DNA of 64,000 nt from contig OZ024741.1 of NCBI GenBank assembly GCA_964016885.1, positions 357,864,001 through 357,928,000 on the forward strand, in the 5' to 3' direction. The position numbers were made by a program, and so were the translations under genes. The notes under the pieces were generated by a model that was given only the letters and a program-made list of their open reading frames with translations, was not told the DNA's origin and did not search any database. The stretch is from Eledone cirrhosa. Taxonomy: Eukaryota. Below, piece after piece: positions 11,101-26,100 of this stretch. How positions within the stretch are numbered: the stretch's first letter is position 1; every line of letters begins with the position of its first letter.

Positions 11101-14100
11101 GGGAAAGAGCAGTCTATACCATGTAATGGTGGGAAAGAGCAGTCTATACCATGTAATGGCGGGAAAGAGCAGTCTATACCAAGCAATGGTGGGAAAGAGC
11201 AGTCTATACCATGTAATGGTGGGAAAGAGCAGTCTATACCATGTAATGGTGGGAAAGAGCAGTCTGTACCATGTAATGGTGGGAAAGAGCAGTCTATACC
11301 ATGTAATGGTGGGAAAGAGCAGTCTATACCATGTAATGGTGGGAAAGAGCTGTCTATACCATGTAATGGTGGGAAAGAGCTGTCTATACCATGTAATGGT
11401 GGGAAAGAGCTGTCTATACCATGTAATGGTGGGAAAGAGCAGTCTATACCATGTAATGGTGGGAAAGAGCAGTCTATACCATGTAATGGTGGGAAAGAGC
11501 AGTCTATACCATGTAATGGTGGGAAAGAGCTGTTTATGCCATGTAATGGTGGGAAAGAGCAGTCTATACCAAGCAATGGTGGGAAAGAGCAGTCTATACC
11601 ATGTGATGGTGGGAAAGAGCAGTCTATACCATGTAATGGTGGGAAAGAGCAGTCTATACCATGTAATGGTGGGAAAGCGCTGTGTATACCATGTAATGGT
11701 GGGAAAGAGCAGTCTATACCATGTAATGGCGGGAAAGAGCAGTCTATACCCTGTAATGGTGGGAAAGATCAGTCTATACCCTGTAATGGTGGGAAAGAGC
11801 AGTCTATACCAAGCAATGGTGGGAAAGAGCAGTCTATACCCTGTAATGGTGGGAAAGAGCAGTCTATACCATGTAATGGTGGGAAAGAGCAGTCTATACC
11901 CTGTAATGGTGGGAAAGAGCAGTCTATACCATGTAATGGTGGGAAAGAGCTGGGTCTACCATGCAATGGTGAAAAAGAACTGCTCATTCCTAACAATGGT
12001 CGGAAAGAGCAGTCTATACCATGTAATGGTGGGAAAGAGCAGTCTATACCATGTAATGGTGGGAAAGAGCAGTCTATACCCTCTAATGGTGGGAAAGAGC
12101 AGTCTGTACCATGTAATGGTGGGAAAGAGCTGTGTCTACCATGCAATGGTGAAAAAGAACTGCTCATTCCTAACAATGGTCGGAAAGAGCAGTCTATACC
12201 ATGTAATGGTGGGAAAGAGCAGTCTATACCATGTAATGGTGGGAAAGAGCAGTCTATACCCTGTAATGGTGGGAAAGAGCAGTCTGTACCATGTAATGGT
12301 GGGAAAGAGCTGTGTCTACCATGCAATGGTGAAAAAGAACTGCTCATTCCTAACAATGGTCGGAAAGAGCAGTCTATACCATGTAATGGTGGAAAAGAGC
12401 AGTCTATACCATGTAATGGTTGGAAAGAGCTGTGTCTACCATGCAATGGTGAAAGAGAACTGCTCATTCCAAACAATGGTCGGAAAGAGCAGTCTATACC
12501 ATGTAATGGTGGGAAAGAGCAGTCTATACCATGTAATGGTGGGAAAGAGCAGTCTATACCAAGCAATGGTGGGAAAGAGCAGTCTATACTATGTAATGGT
12601 GGGAAAGAGCTGTGTCTACCATGCAATGGTGAAAAAGAACTGCTCATTCCAAACAATGGTCGGAAAGAGCAGTCTATACCATGTAATGGTGGGAAAGAGC
12701 AGTCTATACCATGTAATGGTGGGAAAGAGCAGTCTATACCATGTAATGGTGGGAAAGCAGTCTATACCATGTGATGGTGGGAAGAGCAGTCTATACCATG
12801 TAATGGTGGGAAAGAGCTGTCTATGCCATGTGATGGTGGGAAAGAGCAGTCTATACCATGTGATGGTGGGAAAGAGCAGTCTATACCAAGCAATGGTGGG
12901 AAAGAGCAGTCTATACCATGTGATGGTGGGAAAGAGCAGTCTATACCATGTAACGGTGGGAAAGAGCAGTCTATACCATGTAATGGTGGGAAAGAGCAGT
13001 CTATACCATGTAATGGCGGGAAAGAGCAGTCTATACCAAGCAATGGTGGGAAAGAGCAGTCTATACCATGTAATGGTGGGAAAGAGCAGTCTATACCATG
13101 TAATGGTGGGAAAGAGCAGTCTGTACCATGTAATGGTGGGAAAGAGCTGTGTCTACCATGCAATGGTGAAAAAGAACTGCTCATTCCAAACAATGGTGGG
13201 AAAGAGCAGTCTATACCATGTGATGGTGGGAAAGAGCAGTCTATACCATGTAATGGTGGGAAAGAGCAGTCTATACCATGTAATGGTGGGAAAGAGCAGT
13301 CTATACCATGTAATGGCGGGAAAGAGCAGTCTATACCAAGCAATGGTGGGAAAGAGCAGTCTATACCATGTAATGGTGGGAAAGAGCAGTCTATACCATG
13401 TGATGGTGGGAAAGAGCAGTCTATACCATGTAATGGTGGGAAAGAGCAGTCTATACCATGTAATGGTGGGAAAGAGCAGTCTATACCATGTGATGGCGGG
13501 AAAGAGCAGTCTATACCAAGCAATGGTGGGAAAGAGCAGTCTATACCATGTAATGGTGGGAAAGAGCAGTCTATACCATGTGATGGTGGGAAAGAGCAGT
13601 CTATACCATGTAATGGTGGGAAAGAGCAGTCTATACCATGTAATGGTGGGAAAGAGCAGTCTATACCATGTAATGGTGGGAAAGAGCAGTCTATAACATG
13701 TAATGGTGGGAAAGAGCAGTCTATACCATGTAATGGTGGGAAAGAGCAGTCTATACCATGTAATGGTAGGAAAGAGCAGTCTATACCATGTAATGGTGGG
13801 AAAGAGCAGTCTATAACATGTAATGGTGGGAAAGAGCAGTCTATACCATGTGATGGTGGGAAAGAGCAGTCTATACCATGTAATGGTAGGAAAGAGCAGT
13901 CTATACCATGTAATGGTGGGAAAGAGCAGTCTATACCATGTAATGGTGGGAAAGAGCAGTCTATACCATGTGATGGTGGGAAAGAGCAGTCTATACCAAG
14001 CAATGGTGGGAAAGAGCAGTCTATACCCTGTAATGGTGGGAAAGAGCAGTCTATACCATGTAATGGTGGGAAAGAGCAGTCTATACCATGTAATGGTGGG

Positions 14101-17100
14101 AAAGAGCAGTCTATACCCTGTAATGGTGGGAAAGAGCAGTCTATACCCTGTAATGGTGGGAAAGAGCAGTCTATACCATGTAATGGTGGGAAAGAGCAGT
14201 CTATACCCTGTAATAGTGGGAAAGAGCAGTCTATACCATGTAATGGTGGGAAAGAGCAGTCTATACCATGTAATGGTGGGAAAGAGCAGTCTATACCATG
14301 TAATGGTGGGAAAGAGCAGTCTATACCCTGTAATGGTGGGAAAGAGCAGTCTATACCATGTAATGGTGGGAAAGAGCAGTCTATACCCTGTAATGGTGGG
14401 AAAGAGCAGTCTGTACCATGTAATGGTGGGAAAGAGCTGTGTCTACCATGCAATGGTGAAAAAGAACTGCTCATTCCAAACAATGGTGGGAAAGAGCAGT
14501 CTATACCATGTAATGGTGGGAAAGAGCAGTCTATACCAAGCAATGGTGGGAAAGAGCAGTCTATACCATGTAATGGTGGGAAAGAGCAGTCTATACCATG
14601 TAATGGTGGGAAAGAGCAGTCTATACCATGTAATGGTGGGAAAGAGCAGTCTATACCATGTAATGGTGGGAAAGAGCAGTCTATACCATGTTATGGTGGG
14701 AAAGAGCAGTCTATACCATGTAATGGTAGGAAAGAGCAGTCTATACCATGTAATGGTGGGAAAGAGCAGTCTATAACAAGCAATGATGGGAAAGAACTGT
14801 CTACACCATGCAATGGTGAGAAAGAGATGTCTATACTATAAAATGGTGGGAAAGAGCTGTCTATACCATGTAATGGTGGGAAAGAGCAGTCTATACCATG
14901 TAATGGTGGGAAAGAGCTGTCTATACCATGTAATGGTGGGAAAGAGCTGTCTATACCATGTAATGGTGGGAAAGAGCTGTCTATACCATGTAATGGTGGG
15001 AAAGAGCAGTCTATACCATGTAATGGTGGGAAAGAGCAGTCTATACCATGTAATGGTGGGAAAGAGCAGTCTATACCATGTAATGGTGGGAAAGAGCAGT
15101 CTATACCATGTAATGGTGGGAAAGAGCTGTCTATACCATGTAATGGTGGGAAAGAGCTGTCTATACCATGTAATGGTGGGAAAGAGCTGTCTATACCATG
15201 TAATGGTGGGAAAGAGCAGTCTATACCATGTAATGGTGGGAAAGAGCAGTCTATACCATGTAATGGTGGGAAAGAGCAGTCTATACCATGTAATGCTGGG
15301 AAAGAGCAGTCTATACCATGTAATGGTGGGAAAGAGCTGTTTATGCCATGTAATGGTGGGAAAGAGCAGTCTATACCAAGCAATGGTGGGAAAGAGCAGT
15401 CTATACCATGTGATGGTGGGAAAGAGCAGTCTATACCATGTAATGGTGGGAAAGAGCAGTCTATACCATGTAATGGTGGGAAAGAGCTGTCTATACCATG
15501 TAATGGTGGGAAAGAGCAGTCTATACCATGTAATGGCGGGAAAGAGCAGTCTATACCCTGTAATGGTGGGAAAGAGCAGTCTATACCCTGTAATGGTGGG
15601 AAAGAGCAGTCTATACCAAGCAATGGTGGGAAAGAGCAGTCTATACCCTGTAATGGTGGGAAAGAGCAGTCTATACCATGTAATGGTGGGAAAGAGCAGT
15701 CTATACCCTGTAATGGTGGGAAAGAGCAGTCTATACCATGTAATGGTGGGAAAGAGCTGTGTCTACCATGCAATGGTGAAAAAGAACTGCTCATTCCTAA
15801 CAATGGTCGGAAAGAGCAGTCTATACCATGTAATGGTGGGAAAGAGCAGTCTATACCATGTAATGGTGGGAAAGAGCAGTCTGTACTCTGTAATGGTGGG
15901 AAAGAGCAGTCTGTACCATGTAATGGTGGGAAAGAGCTGTGTCTACCATGCAATGGTGAAAAAGAACTGCTCATTCCTAACAATGGTCGGAAAGAGCAGT
16001 CTATACCATGTAATGGTGGGAAAGAGCAGTCTATACCCTGTAATGGTGGGAAAGAGCAGTCTGTACCATGTAATGGTGGGAAAGAGCTGTGTCTACCATG
16101 CAATGGTGAAAAAGAACTGCTCATTCCTAACAATGGTCGGAAAGAGCAGTCTATACCATGTAATGGTGGAAAAGAGCAGTCTATACCATGTAATGGTGGG
16201 AAAGAGCAGTCTGTACTCTGTAATGGTGGGAAAGAGCTGTGTCTACCATGCAATGGTGAAAAAGAACTGCTCATTCCAAACAATGGTCGGAAAGAGCAGT
16301 CTATACCATGTAATGGGGGGAAAGAGCAGTCTATACCATGTAATGGTGGGAAAGAGCAGTCTATACCATGTAATGGTGGGAAAGCAGTCTATACCATGTG
16401 ATGGTGGGAAGAGCAGTCTATACCATGTAATGGTGGGAAAGAGCTGTCTATGCCATGTGATGGTGGGAAAGAGCAGTCTATACCATGTGATGGTGGGAAA
16501 GAGCAGTCTATACCAAGCAATGGTGGGAAAGAGCAGTCTATACCATGTGATGGTGGGAAAGAGCAGTCTATACCATGTAACGGTGGGAAAGAGCAGCTAT
16601 ACCATGTAATGGTGGGAAAGAGCAGTCTATACCATGTAATGGTGGGAAAGAGCTGTTTATGCCATGTAATGGTGGGAAAGAGCAGTCTATACCATGTGAT
16701 GGTGGGAAAGAGCAGTCTATACCAAGCAATGGTGGGAAAGAGCAGTCTATACCATGTGATGGTGGGAAAGAGCAGTCTATACCATGTAATGGTGGGAAAG
16801 AGCAGTCTATACCATGTAATGGTGGGAAAGAGCAGTCTATACCATGTAATGGCGGGAAAGAGCAGTCTATACCAAGCAATGGTGGGAAAGAGCAGTCTAT
16901 ACCATGTAATGGTGGGAAAGAGCAGTCTATACCATGTAATGGTGGGAAAGAGCAGTCTATACCATGTAATGGTGGGAAAGGGCAGTCTATACCATGTAAT
17001 GGTGGGAAAGAGCTGTCTATACCATGTATTGGTGGGAAAGAGCAGTCAGTACCAAGCAATGGTGGGAAAGAGCAGTCTATACCATGTAATGGTGGGAAAG

Positions 17101-20100
17101 AGCAGTCTATACCATGTAATGGTGGGAAAGAGCAGTCTATACCATGTAATGGTGGGAAAGAGCAGTCTATACCATGTAATGGTGGGAAAGAGCAGTCTAT
17201 AACATGTAATGGTGGGAAAGAGCAGTCTATACCATGTAATGGTGGGAAAGAGCAGTCTATACCATGTAATGGTAGGAAAGAGCAGTCTATACCATGTAAT
17301 GGTGGGAAAGAGCAGTCTATACCATGTGATGGTGGGAAAGAGCAGTCTATACCCTGTAATGGTGGGAAAGAGCAGTCTATACCATGTAATGGTGGGAAAG
17401 AGCAGTCTATACCCTGTAATAGTGGGAAAGAGCAGTCTATACCATGTGATGGTGGGAAAGAGCAGTCTATACCATGTAATGGTGGGAAAGAGCAGTCTAT
17501 ACCCTGTAATGGTGGGAAAGAGCAGTCTATACCATGTAATGGTGGGAAAGAGCAGTCTATACCAAGCAATGGTGGGAAAGAGCAGTCTATACCATGTAAT
17601 GGTGGGAAAGAGCAGTCTGTACCATGTAATGGTGGGAAAGAGCTGTGTCTACCATGCAATGGTGAAAAAGAACTGCTCATTCCAAACAATGGTGGGAAAG
17701 AGCAGTCTATACCATGTAATGGTGGGAAAGAGCAGTCTATACCATGTAATGGTGGGAAAGAGCAGTCTATACCAAGCAATGGTGGGAAAGAGCAGTCTAT
17801 ACCATGTAATGGTGGGAAAGAGCAGTCTATACCATGTAATGGTGGGAAAGAGCAGTCTATACCATGTAATGGTGGGAAAGAGCAGTCTATACCATGTAAT
17901 GGTGGGAAAGAGCAGTCTATACCATGTTATGGTGGGAAAGAGCAGTCTATACCATGTAATGGTAGGAAAGAGCTGTCTATACCATGTAATGGTGGGAAAG
18001 AGCTGTCTATACCATGTAATGGTGGGAAAGAGCTGTCTATACCATGTAATGGTGGGAAAGAGCAGTCTATACCATGTAATGGTGGGAAAGAGCAGTCTAT
18101 ACCATGTAATGGTGGGAAAGAGCAGTCTATACCATGTAATGGTGGGAAAGAGCAGTCTATACCATGTAATGGTGGGAAAGAGCTGTCTATACCATGTAAT
18201 GGTGGGAAAGAGCTGTCTATACCATGTAATGGTGGGAAAGAGCAGTCTATACCATGTAATGGTGGGAAAGAGCAGTCTATACCATGTAATGGTGGGAAAG
18301 AGCAGTCTATACCATGTAATGGTGGGAAAGAGCAGCCTATACCATGTAATGGTGGGAAAGAGCAGTCTATACCATGTAATGGTGGGAAAGAGCTGTTTAT
18401 GCCATGTAATGGTGGGAAAGAGCAGTCTATACCAAGCAATGGTGGGAAAGAGCAGTCTATACCATGTGATGGTGGGAAAGAGCAGTCTATACCATGTGAT
18501 GGTGGGAAAGAGCAGTCTATACCATGTGATGGTGGGAAAGAGCAGTCTATACCATGTAATGGTGGGAAAGAGCAGTCTATACCATGTAATGGTGGGAAAG
18601 CGCTGTCTATACCATGTAATGGTGGGAAAGAGCAGTCTATACCATGTAATGGCGGGAAAGAGCAGTCTATACCCTGTAATGGTGGGAAAGAGCAGTCTAT
18701 ACCCTGTAATGGTGGGAAAGAGCAGTCTATACCAAGCAATGGTGGGAAAGAGCAGTCTATACCCTGTAATGGTGGGAAAGAGCAGTCTATACCATGTAAT
18801 GGTGGGAAAGAGCAGTCTATACCATGTAATGGTGGGAAAGAGCAGTCTATACCATGTAATGGTGGGAAAGAGCTGTGTCTACCATGCAATGGTGAAAAAG
18901 AACTGCTCATTCCTAACAATGGTCGGAAAGAGCAGTCTATACCATGTAATGGTGGGAAAGAGCAGTCTATACCATGTAATGGTGGGAAAGAGCAGTCTAT
19001 ACCCTGTAATGGTGGGAAAGAGCAGTCTGTACCATGTAATGGTGGGAAAGAGCTGTGTCTACCATGCAATGGTGAAAAAGAACTGCTCATTCCTAACAAT
19101 GGTCGGAAAGAGCAGTCTATACCATGTAATGGTGGGAAAGAGCAGTCTATACCATGTAATGGTGGGAAAGAGCAGTCTATACCCTGTAATGGTGGGAAAG
19201 AGCAGTCTGTACCATGTAATGGTGGGAAAGAGCTGTGTCTACCATGCAATGGTGAAAAAGAACTGCTCATTCCTAACAATGGTCGGAAAGAGCAGTCTAT
19301 ACCATGTAATGGTGGAAAAGAGCAGTCTATACCATGTAATGGTTGGAAAGAGCTGTGTCTACCATGCAATGGTGAAAGAGAACTGCTCATTCCAAACAAT
19401 GGTCGGAAAGAGCAGTCTATACCATGTAATGGTGGGAAAGAGCAGTCTATACCATGTAATGGTGGGAAAGAGCAGTCTATACCAAGCAATGGTGGGAAAG
19501 AGCAGTCTATACTATGTAATGGTGGGAAAGAGCTGTGTCTACCATGCAATGGTGAAAAAGAACTGCTCATTCCAAACAATGGTCGGAAAGAGCAGTCTAT
19601 ACCATGTAATGGGGGGAAAGAGCAGTCTATACCATGTAATGGTGGGAAAGAGCAGTCTATACCATGTAATGGTGGGAAAGCAGTCTATACCATGTGATGG
19701 TGGGAAGAGCAGTCTATACCATGTAATGGTGGGAAAGAGCTGTCTATGCCATGTGATGGTGGGAAAGAGCAGTCTATACCATGTGATGGTGGGAAAGAGC
19801 AGTCTATACCAAGCAATGGTGGGAAAGAGCAGTCTATACCATGTGATGGTGGGAAAGAGCAGTCTATACCATGTAACGGTGGGAAAGAGCAGTCTATACC
19901 ATGTAATGGTGGGAAAGAGCAGTCTATACCATGTAATGGTGGGAAAGAGCTGTTTATGCCATGTAATGGTGGGAAAGAGCAGTCTATACCCTGTAATAGT
20001 GGGAAAGCAGTCTATACCATGTGATGGTGGGAAGAGCAGTCTATACCATGTAATGGTGGGAAAGAGCAGTCTATACCATGTAATGGTGGGAAAGAGCAGT

Positions 20101-23100
20101 CTATACCATGTAATGGCGGGAAAGAGCAGTCTATACCAAGCAATGGTGGGAAAGAGCAGTCTATACCATGTGATGGTGGGAAAGAGCAGTCTATACCATG
20201 TAATGGTGGGAAAGAGCAGTCTATACCATGTAATGGTGGGAAAGAGCAGTCTGTACCATGTAATGGTGGGAAAGAGCAGTCTATACCCTGTAATGGTGGG
20301 AAAGAGCAGTCTATACCCTGTAATGGTGGGAAAGAGCAGTCTGTACCATGTAATGGTGGGAAAGAGCTGTGTCTACCATGCAATGGTGAAAAAGAACTGC
20401 TCATTCCAAACAATGGTGGGAAAGAGCAGTCTATACCATGTAATGGTGGGAAAGAGCAGTCTATACCAAGCAATGGTGGGAAAGAGCAGTCTATACCATG
20501 TAATGGTGGGAAAGAGCAGTCTATACCATGTAATGGTGGGAAAGAGCAGTCTATACCATGTAATGGTGGGAAAGAGCAGTCTATACCATGTAATGGTGGG
20601 AAAGAGCAGTCTATAACATGTAATGGTGGGAAAGAGCAGTCTATACCATGTAATGGTGGGAAAGAGCAGTCTATACCATGTAATGGTAGGAAAGAGCAGT
20701 CTATACCATGTAATGGTGGGAAAGAGCAGTCTATAACAAGCAATGATGGGAAAGAACTGTCTACACCATGTAATGGTGGGAAAGAGCAGTCTATACCATG
20801 TAATGGTGGGAAAGAGCAGTCTATACCATGTAATGGTGGGAAAGAGCAGTCTATACCCTGTAATGGTGGGAAAGAGCAGTCTATACCCTGTAATGGTGGG
20901 AAAGAGCAGTCTATACCATGTAATGGTGGGAAAGAGCAGTCTATACCCTGTAATAGTGGGAAAGAGCAGTCTATACCATGTAATGGTGGGAAAGAGCAGT
21001 CTATACCATGTAATGGTGGGAAAGAGCAGTCTATACCCTGTAATGGTGGGAAAGAGCAGTCTATACCATGTAATGGTGGGAAAGAGCAGTCTATACCCTG
21101 TAATGGTGGGAAAGAGCAGTCTGTACCATGTAATGGTGGGAAAGAGCTGTGTCTACCATGCAATGGTGAAAAAGAACTGCTCATTCCAAACAATGGTGGG
21201 AAAGAGCAGTCTATACCATGTAATGGTGGGAAAGAGCAGTCTATACCATGTAATGGTGGGAAAGAGCAGTCTATACCAAGCAATGGTGGGAAAGAGCAGT
21301 CTATACCATGTAATGGTGGGAAAGAGCAGTCTATACCATGTAATGGTGGGAAAGAGCAGTCTATACCATGTAATGGTGGGAAAGAGCAGTCTATACCATG
21401 TAATGGTGGGAAAGAGCAGTCTATACCATGTTATGGTGGGAAAGAGCAGTCTATACCATGTTATGGTGGGAAAGAGCAGTCTATACCATGTAATGGTAGG
21501 AAAGAGCAGTCTATACCATGTAATGGTGGGAAAGAGCAGTCTATAACAAGCAATGATGGGAAAGAACTGTCTACACCATGCAATGGTGAGAAAGAGATGT
21601 CTATACCATGTAATGGTGGGAAAGAGCAGTCTATACCATGTAATGGTGGGAAAGAGCAGTCTATACCATGTAATGGTGGGAAAGAGCAGTCTATACCATG
21701 TAATGGTGGGAAAGAGCTGTCTATACCATGTAATGGTGGGAAAGAGCTGTCTATACCATGTAATGGTGGGAAAGAGCTGTCTATACCATGTAATGGTGGG
21801 AAAGAGCAGTCTATACCATGTAATGGTGGGAAAGAGCTGTTTATGCCATGTAATGGTGGGAAAGAGCAGTCTATACCAAGCAATGGTGGGAAAGAGCAGT
21901 CTATACCATGTGATGGTGGGAAAGAGCAGTCTATACCATGTAATGGTGGGAAAGAGCAGTCTATACCATGTAATGGTGGGAAAGAGCAGTCTATACCATG
22001 TAATGGCGGGAAAGAGCAGTCTATACCAAGCAATGGTGGGAAAGAGCAGTCTATACCATGTGATGGTGGGAAAGAGCAGTCTATACCATGTAATGGTGGG
22101 AAAGAGCAGTCTATACCATGTAATGGTGGGAAAGAGCAGTCTGTACCATGTAATGGTGGGAAAGAGCTGTGTCTACCATGCAATGGTGAAAAAGAACTGC
22201 TCATTCCAAACAATGGTGGGAAAGAGCAGTCTATACCATGTAATGGTGGGAAAGAGCAGTCTATACCAAGCAATGGTGGGAAAGAGCAGTCTATACCATG
22301 TAATGGTGGGAAAGAGCAGTCTATACCATGTAATGGTGGGAAAGAGCAGTCTATACCATGTAATGGTGGGAAAGAGCAGTCTATACCATGTAATGGTGGG
22401 AAAGAGCAGTCTATAACATGTAATGGTGGGAAAGAGCAGTCTATACCATGTAATGGTGGGAAAGAGCAGTCTATACCATGTAATGGTAGGAAAGAGCAGT
22501 CTATACCATGTAATGGTGGGAAAGAGCAGTCTATAACAAGCAATGATGGGAAAGAACTGTCTACACCATGTAATGGTGGGAAAGAGCAGTCTATACCATG
22601 TAATGGTGGGAAAGAGCAGTCTATACCATGTAATGGTGGGAAAGAGCAGTCTATACCCTGTAATGGTGGGAAAGAGCAGTCTATACCCTGTAATGGTGGG
22701 AAAGAGCAGTCTATACCATGTAATGGTGGGAAAGAGCAGTCTATACCCTGTAATAGTGGGAAAGAGCAGTCTATACCATGTAATGGTGGGAAAGAGCAGT
22801 CTATACCATGTAATGGTGGGAAAGAGCAGTCTATACCCTGTAATGGTGGGAAAGAGCAGTCTATACCATGTAATGGTGGGAAAGAGCAGTCTATACCCTG
22901 TAATGGTGGGAAAGAGCAGTCTGTACCATGTAATGGTGGGAAAGAGCTGTGTCTACCATGCAATGGTGAAAAAGAACTGCTCATTCCAAACAATGGTGGG
23001 AAAGAGCAGTCTATACCATGTAATGGTGGGAAAGAGCAGTCTATACCATGTAATGGTGGGAAAGAGCAGTCTATACCAAGCAATGGTGGGAAAGAGCAGT

Positions 23101-26100
23101 CTATACCATGTAATGGTGGGAAAGAGCAGTCTATACCATGTAATGGTGGGAAAGAGCAGTCTATACCATGTAATGGTGGGAAAGAGCAGTCTATACCATG
23201 TAATGGTGGGAAAGAGCTGTCTATACCATGTAATGGTGGGAAAGAGCTGTCTATACCATGTAATGGTGGGAAAGAGCTGTCTATACCATGTAATGGTGGG
23301 AAAGAGCAGTCTATACCATGTAATGGTGGGAAAGAGCAGTCTATACCATGTAATGGTGGGAAAGAGCAGTCTATACCATGTAATGGTGGGAAAGAGCAGT
23401 CTATACCATGTAATGGTGGGAAAGAGCTGTTTATGCCATGTAATGGTGGGAAAGAGCAGTCTATACCAAGAAATGGTGGGAAAGAGCAGTCTATACCATG
23501 TGATGGTGGGAAAGAGCAGTCTATACCATGTAATGGTGGGAAAGAGCAGTCTATACCATGTAATGGTGGGAAAGAGCTGTCTATACCATGTAATGGTGGG
23601 AAAGAGCAGTCTATACCATGTAATGGCGGGAAAGAGCAGTCTATACCCTGTAATGGTGGGAAAGAGCAGTCTATACCCTGTAATGGTGGGAAAGAGCAGT
23701 CTATACCAAGCAATGGTGGGAAAGAGCAGTCTATACCCTGTAATGGTGGGAAAGAGCAGTCTATACCATGTAATGGTGGGAAAGAGCAGTCTATACCCTG
23801 TAATGGTGGGAAAGAGCAGTCTATACCATGTAATGGTGGGAAAGAGCTGTGTCTACCATGCAATGGTGAAAAAGAACTGCTCATTCCTAACAATGGTCGG
23901 AAAGAGCAGTCTATACCATGTAATGGTGGGAAAGAGCAGTCTATACCATGTAATGGTGGGAAAGAGCAGTCTATACCCTGTAATGGTGGGAAAGAGCAGT
24001 CTGTACCATGTAATGGTGGGAAAGAGCTGTGTCTACCATGCAATGGTGAAAAAGAACTGCTCATTCCTAACAATGGTCGGAAAGAGCAGTCTATACCATG
24101 TAATGGTGGGAAAGAGCAGTCTATACCATGTAATGGTGGGAAAGAGCAGTCTATACCCTGTAATGGTGGGAAAGAGCAGTCTGTACCATGTAATGGTGGG
24201 AAAGAGCTGTGTCTACCATGCAATGGTGAAAAAGAACTGCTCATTCCTAACAATGGTCGGAAAGAGCAGTCTATACCATGTAATGGTGGAAAAGAGCAGT
24301 CTATACCATGTAATGGTTGGAAAGAGCTGTGTCTACCATGCAATGGTGAAAGAGAACTGCTCATTCCAAACAATGGTCGGAAAGAGCAGTCTATACCATG
24401 TAATGGTGGGAAAGAGCAGTCTATACCATGTAATGGTGGGAAAGAGCAGTCTATACCAAGCAATGGTGGGAAAGAGCAGTCTATACTATGTAATGGTGGG
24501 AAAGAGCTGTGTCTACCATGCAATGGTGAAAAAGAACTGCTCATTCCAAACAATGGTCGGAAAGAGCAGTCTATACCATGTAATGGGGGGAAAGAGCAGT
24601 CTATACCATGTAATGGTGGGAAAGAGCAGTCTATACCATGTAATGGTGGGAAAGCAGTCTATACCATGTGATGGTGGGAAGAGCAGTCTATACCATGTAA
24701 TGGTGGGAAAGAGCTGTCTATGCCATGTGATGGTGGGAAAGAGCAGTCTATACCATGTGATGGTGGGAAAGAGCAGTCTATACCAAGCAATGGTGGGAAA
24801 GAGCAGTCTATACCATGTGATGGTGGGAAAGAGCAGTCTATACCATGTAACGGTGGGAAAGAGCAGCTATACCATGTAATGGTGGGAAAGAGCAGTCTAT
24901 ACCATGTAATGGTGGGAAAGAGCTGTTTATGCCATGTAATGGTGGGAAAGAGCAGTCTATACCAAGCAATGGTGGGAAAGAGCAGTCTATACCATGTGAT
25001 GGTGGGAAAGAGCAGTCTATACCATGTAATGGTGGGAAAGAGCAGTCTATACCATGTAATGGTGGGAAAGAGCTGTCTATACCATGTAATGGTGGGAAAG
25101 AGCAGTCTATACCATGTAATGGCGGGAAAGAGCAGTCTATACCAAGCAATGGTGGGAAAGAGCAGTCTATACCATGTAATGGTGGGAAAGAGCAGTCTAT
25201 ACCATGTAATGGTGGGAAAGAGCAGTCTATACCATGTAATGGTGGGAAAGAGCAGTCTATACCATGTAATGGTGGGAAAGAGCTGTCTATACCATGTATT
25301 GGTGGGAAAGAGCAGTCAGTACCAAGCAATGGTGGGAAAGAGCAGTCTATACCATGTAATGGTGGGAAAGAGCAGTCTATACCATGTAATGGTGGGAAAG
25401 AGCAGTCTATACCATGTAATGGTGGGAAAGAGCAGTCTATACCATGTAATGGTGGGAAAGAGCAGTCTATAACATGTAATGGTGGGAAAGAGCAGTCTAT
25501 ACCATGTAATGGTGGGAAAGAGCAGTCTATACCATGTAATGGTAGGAAAGAGCAGTCTATACCATGTAATGGTGGGAAAGAGCAGTCTATAACAAGCAAT
25601 GATGGGAAAGAACTGTCTACACCATGTAATGGTGGGAAAGAGCAGTCTATACCATGTAATGGTGGGAAAGAGCAGTCTATACCATGTAATGGTGGGAAAG
25701 AGCAGTCTATACCCTGTAATGGTGGGAAAGAGCAGTCTATACCCTGTAATGGTGGGAAAGAGCAGTCTATACCATGTAATGGTGGGAAAGAGCAGTCTAT
25801 ACCCTGTAATAGTGGGAAAGAGCAGTCTATACCATGTAATGGTGGGAAAGAGCAGTCTATACCATGTAATGGTGGGAAAGAGCAGTCTATACCCTGTAAT
25901 GGTGGGAAAGAGCAGTCTATACCATGTAATGGTGGGAAAGAGCAGTCTATACCCTGTAATGGTGGGAAAGAGCAGTCTGTACCATGTAATGGTGGGAAAG
26001 AGCTGTGTCTACCATGCAATGGTGAAAAAGAACTGCTCATTCCAAACAATGGTGGGAAAGAGCAGTCTATACCATGTAATGGTGGGAAAGAGCAGTCTAT